From: a virus
Lineage: Duplodnaviria > Caudoviricetes
Direction: 5' to 3' (one strand)
DNA length: 39,304 nucleotides
Virus record (IMG/VR): IMGVR_UViG_3300016657_000039
Coordinates: 1 to 39,304 of that record
Below are positions 1-6,038 of the stretch, piece by piece. Position 1 is the stretch's first letter. Each line of letters opens with the position of its first letter. The notes beneath the pieces are model-generated. The model made no database searches. It was not told where the DNA came from and worked only from the letters and a program-made list of their open reading frames with translations. The position numbers and the translations under genes were made by a program.

Positions 1-7
1 AATAATT

Positions 8-226
8 ATGATTAAAGAAAAGTACCAAAAAATTATTTTTAAAGAATGGTTTAGAGTTTCACTATCTGAACAACTCGGAATAAAAGAAATGAGATTGATT
101 GACTATCTTTCAAAAGACTTTGAAACTGCTAAAAAACATAAAAAAGAAGTTGAAGAGTTTATTGAAAAATGGATAGAATTTGAAAATAAAGTTAAACAAA
201 TTAAAGTTGAGTATTTTAATGTTTAA
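8..226 (+). CDS. Hypothetical protein (72 aa)
   Basis: ORF with AATAATTATG start context; its TAA overlaps the TAAC of the first attC-like hairpin. Confidence 0.75.
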   Translation: MIKEKYQKIIFKEWFRVSLSEQLGIKEMRLIDYLSKDFETAKKHKKEVEEFIEKWIEFENKVKQIKVEYFNV

Positions 227-352
227 CGTTTTGCCCGCTTGGTGAAGTGGCAAAAAAGTACACAAAAACATTCCTGTTATCATGAATTAAAACTGATGCA
301 AAACAAATTTTAAATTTAGCCGATATGTTGCCATTGCACCAAACGGCTGTTA
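224..352 (+). repeat. attC-like hairpin element H1
   Basis: TAAC-GTTTT-GCCCGCTTGGTGAAGTGGCAA...TTGCCATTGCACCAAACGGC-T-GTTA imperfect inverted repeat. Confidence 0.8.
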
Positions 353-367
353 TAAGTAGCTTTTATT

Positions 368-589
368 ATGGAAAAGAAAAAAAACGATTGTTATAATTGT
401 ATATTTAGAGAAAAAATTATTGGTGATGCACACTCAAAATGCAATAACGAATGGAGCAAAGAAGATTTTAAAGGTAAAACAAAAACATTAACGGCAACTT
501 GGAATCAATGGTCTATGGGATTCCCTAATAACTTTGACCCACATTGGATTAAAAAATGTAGTAAATTTTCTGAACGCAATGTTGAGTAA
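368..589 (+). CDS. Cassette 1 ORF, small Cys-rich hypothetical protein
   Basis: CxxC...HxxC...C pattern; flanked by inverted repeats GTTATAAGTAGC (349-360) / GTTACTTATAAC (591-602). Confidence 0.8.
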   Translation: MEKKKNDCYNCIFREKIIGDAHSKCNNEWSKEDFKGKTKTLTATWNQWSMGFPNNFDPHWIKKCSKFSERNVE

Positions 590-598
590 AGTTACTTA

Positions 599-713
599 TA
601 ACGTTTTGCAACTTGTATAAGTGGCGTTTACTAAACCTAAACACAACAAAAAAAAGAATATTAACTAACTATCTGACACAAACTAAACCAGCCATTTATA
701 CAAATTGCTGTTA
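599..713 (+). repeat. attC-like hairpin element H2
   Basis: TAAC-GTTTT-GCAACTTGTATAAGTGGC...GCCATTTATACAAATTGC-T-GTTA. Confidence 0.8.
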
Positions 714-747
714 TAAGAAGTAGCGGATATAAACACAGAAAGTAATT

Positions 748-957
748 ATGAAAACACATACAGTAGATTTAGAAGCATTAAGAGAATGGCAAAGTGAAGA
801 AAAAGTAATTTTTGCAAGTAGTACAAAAGAAAACAAACAACTTTATTGCACATTAAGAGGGAGTTATGAAGTTTGGCATAAAAAAGAAAAAGTTTTAGAA
901 ACAATGCAACAATTTACAGCAGTTGAAAAATATAATTCAATTGAAGCAGATTCGTAG
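748..957 (+). CDS. Cassette 2 ORF, hypothetical protein
   Basis: ORF flanked by GTTATAAGAAGTAGC (710-724) / GCTATTTCTTATAAC (957-971). Confidence 0.8.
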   Translation: MKTHTVDLEALREWQSEEKVIFASSTKENKQLYCTLRGSYEVWHKKEKVLETMQQFTAVEKYNSIEADS

Positions 958-967
958 CTATTTCTTA

Positions 968-1093
968 TAACGTATCGTGGCTTGTAGCAGTGGGGGATTT
1001 TGAAAAACTACTGCTCAATTTACCACAAAAGCTGATTAGAAGTACACAGCTCAAAATATGCACTTCAACCCCTATTGCTACAAACCCTTGTTA
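968..1093 (+). repeat. attC-like hairpin element H3
   Basis: TAAC-GTATC-GTGGCTTGTAGCAGTGGGGG...CCCCTATTGCTACAAACCCT-T-GTTA. Confidence 0.8.
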
Positions 1094-1143
1094 GCGGTAG
1101 TACGGTTTAATTTACGAGGGATTAAATTAAAAGAAAGTACATT

Positions 1144-1629
1144 ATGTTAGTTAATTTAACGCCAATTGAAGCTGAAATAAAAAGAAGGAGTAATATAGCA
1201 AAAGAAAACAATTTTGAATATACACCACAATCAGACACAAAATACATTCAAGAAGTTGGAATTTATCAAAGTAGTTTTCCTTTTAATTTTCCAGAAGATG
1301 AATTTGAAGAATTGAAGAAATTAAATTGGGATGATAGATATAAAATATTCCCTACTTATGAAAAAATTACTTACGGAGTAGCTGATAATATTGAGCAAAT
1401 AAAAGAATACTACAAAGAGGAAGTAGCTGATACTGAAAAAAAATATTGTTTAGCATTGACACCTGTTTGGCAAGAAAAAGAAAATAAAGGTAAGGGTGGT
1501 GGCTGGAGATGGCATAAGTGGGGTGAGTATATAGGTAAATTAAACCCACAATGTGAATATTTAGATGATGAAGATTTTGGCGATGATTTTCAGTATGTAA
1601 TCACATTTACTTTGTTTGCAGTCAAGTAG
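1144..1629 (+). CDS. Cassette 3 ORF, hypothetical protein with GGGWRWHKWGEYIG motif
   Basis: 161 aa ORF flanked by GTTAGCGGTAGTAC (1090-1103) / GTATTACCGCTAAC (1629-1642). Confidence 0.85.
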   Translation: MLVNLTPIEAEIKRRSNIAKENNFEYTPQSDTKYIQEVGIYQSSFPFNFPEDEFEELKKLNWDDRYKIFPTYEKITYGVADNIEQIKEYYKEEVADTEKKYCLALTPVWQEKENKGKGGGWRWHKWGEYIGKLNPQCEYLDDEDFGDDFQYVITFTLFAVK

Positions 1630-1638
1630 TATTACCGC

Positions 1639-1701
1639 TAACGTATGTGGCTTTAATTCAGTTGCGTATTGTCGATACGCAATTGATTAAAACCACTGTT
1701 A
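1639..1701 (+). repeat. attC-like hairpin element H4 (minimal, 63 bp)
   Basis: TAAC-GTAT-GTGGCTTTAATTCAGTTGCGTATTGTCGATACGCAATTGATTAAAACCAC-T-GTTA, almost fully self-complementary. Confidence 0.8.
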
Positions 1702-1735
1702 ACAAATGTATTTTTAAACACAAAATAAATAAATT

Positions 1736-1993
1736 ATGGAAAAACAAAAAACAGCAGTTGATTGGTTAATGGAAAACATTAGCTATGATAACGGATATGG
1801 ACAAAGAAATAACTCTTTTACAGAAAGTTTTGATTTATCAGATTTTTTTAAAAAAGCCAAAGAAATCGAAAAAGAACAAATAGAAAAATCTTTTAATGAC
1901 GGAGCATATTGGGAGCTTTATGGAAGTAATATAACTCAAATAGAAAGAGCTGAAAAATATTATAACGAAACTTATACACAAAGTTCGGAATAA
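1736..1993 (+). CDS. Cassette 4 ORF, phage-type hypothetical protein (KTAVDWL...AKEIEKEQI)
   Basis: ORF flanked by GTTAACAAATGTATT (1698-1712) / AATATATTTGTTAAC (1992-2006). Confidence 0.8.
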   Translation: MEKQKTAVDWLMENISYDNGYGQRNNSFTESFDLSDFFKKAKEIEKEQIEKSFNDGAYWELYGSNITQIERAEKYYNETYTQSSE

Positions 1994-2029
1994 TATATTT
2001 GTTAACTACTCGATAACCGCAACTAAATT

Positions 2030-2257
2030 ATGCAACTACCTAAAAATAAAACAATTACAACTACTTTTAAAATTTTTGATTTTATAGTATGTTTAAACGA
2101 TGGTTTTTTATATCAGTTATCGCATTGCCCTAAAAAGCGTACTAAAGTATTTCGTAAATTAACTTATAACGAAAAAAGAAATGCTTATTATATAAATGGT
2201 CAATTAGTAAGTAAAAATAGATTAAAGAAATTAGCAATAAAAAACCCCTCTATATAA
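2030..2257 (+). CDS. Small basic hypothetical protein immediately after the cassette array
   Basis: 75 aa K/R-rich ORF with AAATTATG start. Confidence 0.7.
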   Translation: MQLPKNKTITTTFKIFDFIVCLNDGFLYQLSHCPKKRTKVFRKLTYNEKRNAYYINGQLVSKNRLKKLAIKNPSI

Positions 2258-2270
2258 GTGGGGTTTTGTT
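2239..2270. terminator. Bidirectional intrinsic terminator at the convergence of plus and minus genes
   Basis: AAAAAACCCC-loop-GGGGTTTT hairpin overlapping both stop codons. Confidence 0.6.
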
Positions 2271-2693
2271 TTTAAATAACTTTTTAATTAATTCTATTGG
2301 GTTAAAACTTCTATATAACCACATTGCAATTAATAGTATTAAAATAAGATATAAGATGTATTTAAACGCAATATTTAATAAGTAATTATAATCAACTTCT
2401 TTGCTTTCTTTTTCTTGTTTTAAATCCACTTTAATTGAGCCATTATCTTTTTCTTTTACTACTTCAGTTCTATAGTGGTTTTCTATTATAGTATTTACTA
2501 TTGTATCTTTTCCTATTATCATAGGTTTTTGTGGGTCAAAAGGTTTTAAAGTAAACTCCCCACTTGTTAAACTAAACTCTTTGTCTTTGTTGTAAACGCT
2601 ATCTTTTTTAATTTCAGTTTCTTCACTTGACTTTTTTACAGTGCCGCAACCTATTAATAAGATTGCGGTTAATATTAATGCTGTTTTTTTCAT
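2250..2693 (-). CDS. Lipoprotein with C-terminal transmembrane helix, candidate unimolecular spanin
   Basis: MKKTALILTAILLIG-C lipobox; C-terminal hydrophobic YILYLILILLIAMWLY; near the endolysin. Confidence 0.6.
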   Translation of the reverse strand: MKKTALILTAILLIGCGTVKKSSEETEIKKDSVYNKDKEFSLTSGEFTLKPFDPQKPMIIGKDTIVNTIIENHYRTEVVKEKDNGSIKVDLKQEKESKEVDYNYLLNIAFKYILYLILILLIAMWLYRSFNPIELIKKLFKNKTPLI

Positions 2694-3718
2694 TATACAA
2701 TTTTATAGTTTATAATTCTAATGTTTTTTAATTCGTAATTACCATCTTTACTAACTTTAACGTGTGCAAATCCGTGATTATAATTATTGTATGGTGCATA
2801 TTCTGGTTCTAAACCACATAAACAACCAGTTGACCACGTTGTTGTAACTTCTCCAGATAATGTCTTTTCTGTATGTTCACTTGTTCTGTGGTGGTGTCCT
2901 ACTATACAACTTTCTTTAGCTTTCATAAATAAACCTCTTGCTGGGTTAACTGGTGGCGCAAATCCTCCGAACCATTCGTGACCATGTAATATTGGTAATT
3001 TACCAGCTAAAGCCATTTGTTTATCTTTAACCAAAGTAACTCCAAATTCTCTGAATCTTAAAAGTTGCTCAAGTTTAAAATCGTCAATTCCTAAAAGTTC
3101 AGGAGCTTTAATCATTAAATAATCTTCATATCTTTTTTCGTGGTTTCCTATCTTATAGTAAATAGGACAATTAAAAAGTTCTTTTAGTTGTTTTAAAAAA
3201 CTTCTAACCATTTCCAACTCTCCAGCAATATCTCTTAATCTTCTATTTTTTGTAAATCTTGAACATTGATAAAAGTCAGCAATATCTCCGTTTAAATAAA
3301 TAGCGTTAACATTATTTTCTAAACCATAATTTAAAGCTAATTCTAATGCTTTGTTATCTTGATAAGGAAAATGTATGTCTGATAAAATTAAAATGTTATT
3401 TTGTCCTTTAGGAATAATAAAAGGCTCACATTTTTCATAGTCGCTTTCTGGCAAGTCAATTTTTTTTGACATAAATTGTTTTTTAGTTTCTTCAGAACGT
3501 TCTGAAACTCTTATTACAGTTGAATTTTTACCTTTCATTTCGCCTCTGTAACGCCTTACATTTGAACGTACAGCGTCTACTGAACTAAAATCTAAAGAAT
3601 GTTTTTCAAAAATCATTCTTGAAATAGCCATTGTAGATGCTTTAGGAAATTTAGCAAGATATTCAATAATAATTTCTTTTTTGTAAGTTGCGGAGTTTTG
3701 GTTTCCTTTTTTACTCAT
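2693..3718 (-). CDS. Calcineurin-like metallophosphoesterase with N-terminal extension
   Basis: Motifs SDIH, GDIAD, GNHE, HGH, GHHH. Confidence 0.88.
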   Translation of the reverse strand: MSKKGNQNSATYKKEIIIEYLAKFPKASTMAISRMIFEKHSLDFSSVDAVRSNVRRYRGEMKGKNSTVIRVSERSEETKKQFMSKKIDLPESDYEKCEPFIIPKGQNNILILSDIHFPYQDNKALELALNYGLENNVNAIYLNGDIADFYQCSRFTKNRRLRDIAGELEMVRSFLKQLKELFNCPIYYKIGNHEKRYEDYLMIKAPELLGIDDFKLEQLLRFREFGVTLVKDKQMALAGKLPILHGHEWFGGFAPPVNPARGLFMKAKESCIVGHHHRTSEHTEKTLSGEVTTTWSTGCLCGLEPEYAPYNNYNHGFAHVKVSKDGNYELKNIRIINYKIV

Positions 3719-3744
3719 AATTATTTAGTTTAGAATTATTTAAA

Positions 3745-3752
3745 CAAATTTA
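3745..3752 (-). promoter_or_regulatory. Bacteroidota -7 promoter box for the phosphoesterase
   Basis: TAAATTTG on the minus strand ~27 nt upstream of the ATG. Confidence 0.55.
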
Positions 3753-3784
3753 GTAAAAAAAGTTTACAATTAACAAAAAATCAT

Positions 3785-3910
3785 TATATTTGTGAATGTA
3801 ATCACTGAAAAGTATATAAATTTGGTGAATATAAAATTGAGTTAGTTTAGTTTTTTCATAATTGTTTAGTTTTGGTAAGAAAAGCGATATTTTTTAAGTA
3901 TCGCTTTTTT
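3785..3910 (+). ncRNA. Candidate ~110 nt sRNA (TATATTTG promoter, no ORF, intrinsic terminator)
   Basis: -7 box at 3785-3792; AAAAGCGATA/TATCGCTTTTTT terminator at 3880-3910; internal TAGTTTTTTCATAATT motif. Confidence 0.5.
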
Positions 3911-3921
3911 ATTTAAAAAAG

Positions 3922-3953
3922 TTTGTGTAATTAAAAAATTATGTTTAATATTG
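3922..3953 (+). promoter_or_regulatory. Promoter of the leader/tRNA operon
   Basis: TTTG (3922-3925), 20 nt spacer, TAATATTG (3946-3953, one mismatch to TAnnTTTG); predicted start near the ATG at 3958 (leaderless). Confidence 0.55.
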
Positions 3954-3957
3954 CAAT

Positions 3958-4026
3958 ATGAAATTTACAAAAACAAATACTCAGCATCTTCCGCAACCTA
4001 TTTTAATGGGTGGTATTGGTGTATAG
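3958..4026 (+). CDS. Putative attenuator leader peptide MKFTKTNTQHLPQPILMGGIGV
   Basis: 22 codons; codons 9-14 are CAG CAT CTT CCG CAA CCT; sits between the promoter and a terminator in front of the tRNAs. Confidence 0.65.
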   Translation: MKFTKTNTQHLPQPILMGGIGV

Positions 4027-4051
4027 TATAGTTAAAATATATTTACAACTT

Positions 4052-4086
4052 AAAACCACTTATTAATTTAAGTGGTTTTTTTATTT
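4052..4086 (+). terminator. Attenuator-type intrinsic terminator directly before the first tRNA
   Basis: AAAACCACTTA-loop-TAAGTGGTTTT followed by TTTATTT. Confidence 0.75.
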
Positions 4087-4159
4087 CGAGTAGTGACAAA
4101 ATTGGTTACGCGCCCACCTTGGAAGTGGGAGATTGCAGGTTCGAGTCCTGCCTATTCGA
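4087..4159 (+). tRNA. tRNA-Pro(UGG), weak D-arm, A37
   Basis: Acceptor CGAGTAG/CTATTCG+A73; anticodon arm CCCAC-CTTGGAA-GTGGG; T-arm GCAGG-TTCGAGT-CCTGC. Confidence 0.85.
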
Positions 4160-4257
4160 CGGAGTATAGAAGTGTAAGTTCGAATCTTACTCATTTGCCT
4201 AAATAATGTTAAGACTTGCAAATGATGGTGTAATTGGGAGCACACTTTACGTGATAT
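4160..4257 (+). ncRNA. Circularly permuted tRNA-like element (3' half precedes 5' half)
   Basis: T-arm GTAAG-TTCGAAT-CTTAC + TCATTTGC (4174-4198), 19 nt linker, then GCAAATGA-TG-D-arm GTGT-AATTGGGA-GCAC-A-CTTTAC (4218-4250). Confidence 0.6.
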
Positions 4258-4330
4258 TACAAAATGATGTAATTGGTTAGCATAACAGACTTTGACTCTG
4301 TTTGTTTAGGTTCGAGTCCTAATTTTGTAA
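4258..4330 (+). tRNA. tRNA-Gln(UUG), A37
   Basis: Acceptor TACAAAA/TTTTGTA; anticodon arm ACAGA-CTTTGAC-TCTGT; T-arm TTAGG-TTCGAGT-CCTAA. Confidence 0.9.
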
Positions 4331-4338
4331 CTAAATAT

Positions 4339-4413
4339 GGTGTTATTGTGCTTAATGGTTAAGGCAGTTAGTCTGTGAAACTAATTATATCGGTTCGAAT
4401 CCGATATAACACC
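4339..4413 (+). tRNA. tRNA-His(GUG), A37
   Basis: G-1:C73 pair; acceptor GTGTTAT/ATAACAC; anticodon arm TTAGT-CTGTGAA-ACTAA; T-arm ATCGG-TTCGAAT-CCGAT. Confidence 0.9.
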
Positions 4414-4418
4414 CAATC

Positions 4419-4492
4419 GCTCCAATGGTGGAATGGAATACACAATGGCTTTAGAACCCATTTTTTTGCAAGTTCGAATCTTGCTTGGAGTA
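4419..4492 (+). tRNA. tRNA-Leu(UAG), no long variable arm, A37
   Basis: Acceptor GCTCCAA/TTGGAGT+A73; Leu-type D-arm GTGGAATGGAATACAC; loop TTTAGAA; T-arm GCAAG-TTCGAAT-CTTGC. Confidence 0.8.
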
Positions 4493-4497
4493 CAAAA

Positions 4498-4569
4498 TTC
4501 AGTATAGTTTAATGGATAAAATTTTTGACTACGAATCAAAAGATAGGAGTTCGAATCTCTTTACTGAAA
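4498..4569 (+). tRNA. tRNA-Arg(ACG), A37
   Basis: Acceptor TTCAGTA/TACTGAA; anticodon arm TTTGA-CTACGAA-TCAAA; T-loop TTCGAAT. Confidence 0.9.
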
Positions 4570-4570
4570 C

Positions 4571-4603
4571 AAAAACCGCACTATTAATTTAGAGCGGTTT
4601 TTT
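4571..4603. terminator. Bidirectional terminator between the tRNA operon and the endolysin
   Basis: AAAAACCGC...GCGGTTTTTT. Confidence 0.7.
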
Positions 4604-4647
4604 TATAAGTATTAAAACTTATATTTGTTATTTATAAGTGATTGAAC

Positions 4648-5058
4648 TTATATATTTTTATATTCTGTCTTTGCATCAAAACTTGGACATGCTTTTGCAA
4701 CTCCTTTAAAATCTCTATGACCTTGAACTATAGCGTTAGGAAATTGTTTTTTAGCTTGTTTTATTAGATATAAAAGACTTTCTTTTTGTTTTGGAGTTCT
4801 TGTGTCTTTTGGATTTCCTTTTCCGTCTACACCACCAATATAACTAAAATGTATTGATTCAGAATTATATCCTTTAACTCCATTTGTTACTTGTTCATAG
4901 TTTGCTAATTCGTGAATAATTCCGTTTGAATCTATTAACCTATGATAACCTACAGATTTCCATTTTAAAACATTTTTCCAATAGTTTAAAATAGATTCTT
5001 TTGTTGCGTTCGGTTGTGATGCTGTGCAATGTATTACGATATATTTTATTTCTCTCAT
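4648..5058 (-). CDS. Endolysin, N-acetylmuramoyl-L-alanine amidase (T7 lysozyme/Amidase_2 type)
   Basis: IVIHCTA, GYH, GHRDF...KACPSFD zinc-amidase motifs. Confidence 0.92.
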   Translation of the reverse strand: MREIKYIVIHCTASQPNATKESILNYWKNVLKWKSVGYHRLIDSNGIIHELANYEQVTNGVKGYNSESIHFSYIGGVDGKGNPKDTRTPKQKESLLYLIKQAKKQFPNAIVQGHRDFKGVAKACPSFDAKTEYKNI

Positions 5059-5157
5059 AATTGTTACTTTTAACTTTTATTATATTTTTTCTGTATCAAA
5101 TGTTAAAATTTTATTTTTTAACGTGTTTTTATATTACAATATCTTATCGTTTTTGAA

Positions 5158-5382
5158 TTATTTACAGGCTTTTTTTGCTCTTTCTTTTAAGTATAAATGT
5201 ATTCTTGTAGCTATTATTTTACCAAAATAACCGCAAGCACCCCCAATTATACCAAAAGAAATTACTTTAAATAATTCCATAATATTCTCAACAAATAAAT
5301 GATTCTGAAAATATGCTAATACTCCAGCTCCAGCTCCAGAAATTACTGAAAAAACAGGATTGTGATGTGTATGACTACTCAT
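5158..5382 (-). CDS. Small membrane protein, holin candidate
   Basis: Two hydrophobic segments, basic C-terminus, directly upstream of the endolysin. Confidence 0.55.
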   Translation of the reverse strand: MSSHTHHNPVFSVISGAGAGVLAYFQNHLFVENIMELFKVISFGIIGGACGYFGKIIATRIHLYLKERAKKACK

Positions 5383-5602
5383 TGTTTTCTGTTTTTTTCA
5401 TTATTACTTTTTCAGCAACGTTTAAAACCCATCGCATTTTTATAAAAAACGCAACGCCAACCACAAAAATACATCCCTCAAAGATATAATTATCTGAATT
5501 AATTTGATTTTTAACATACTTGTACAACTGATACGATAAAATTATAGTTCCTATAACTTTAGGAAACCAATAATTAAACGCTCTTTTAAAATTACTTCCC
5601 AT
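5375..5602 (-). CDS. Small membrane protein, holin/antiholin candidate
   Basis: Two hydrophobic segments; lysis region. Confidence 0.5.
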   Translation of the reverse strand: MGSNFKRAFNYWFPKVIGTIILSYQLYKYVKNQINSDNYIFEGCIFVVGVAFFIKMRWVLNVAEKVIMKKTENNE

Positions 5603-6032
5603 ATTTTTTAGAATAAAAAGACTGAATTAGCATCAATAATGTCAATAGCAGTAAACAAAAACTAATAATTTGAAAGTAAAAGTTTGCTGAAAAACAAAAT
5701 ATAACGGCTAAAAAATTAAACAAATAATAAGACGATAAAAACATCGTTGCAGTTGCTTTACGTAAACAGAAATGTAGTCTTTCACGCCACAAGAAAATAG
5801 AGCTTACAAGTAAAAAAAGCACTAATTGAGTTAAAGCAATATAAACAAAATCTTTGTAAAAATCAAAGTTGCTATTTTCTGGAACATAAAACCAATTTAA
5901 AACATTACTATACATTTCAACAAATAGAATAGCAAATATTGAGTAAATAAGATAATTTTTATTTTTATCTTTTAATACTTTTTCTACTTTTTGAGTTGCT
6001 TTACATAGCAAACATCTAGGGACTGATGCCAT
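5592..6032 (-). CDS. Membrane protein (~4 TM)
   Basis: Four hydrophobic stretches. Confidence 0.6.
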   Translation of the reverse strand: MASVPRCLLCKATQKVEKVLKDKNKNYLIYSIFAILFVEMYSNVLNWFYVPENSNFDFYKDFVYIALTQLVLFLLVSSIFLWRERLHFCLRKATATMFLSSYYLFNFLAVIFCFSANFYFQIISFCLLLLTLLMLIQSFYSKKYGK

Positions 6033-6038
6033 AATTAA

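Noticed and set aside
224-2006. CRISPR array interpretation of the repeats
   Set aside because: The repeats are long imperfect hairpins of unequal length separated by whole ORFs; no cas genes
4160-4257. Permuted tmRNA
   Set aside because: No Ala acceptor identity (G3-U70), a full D-arm is present, and there is no tag reading frame
4449-4457. Amber suppressor tRNA / stop-codon recoding
   Set aside because: The anticodon is UAG (reads CUA, Leu), not CUA; genes are intact in the standard code
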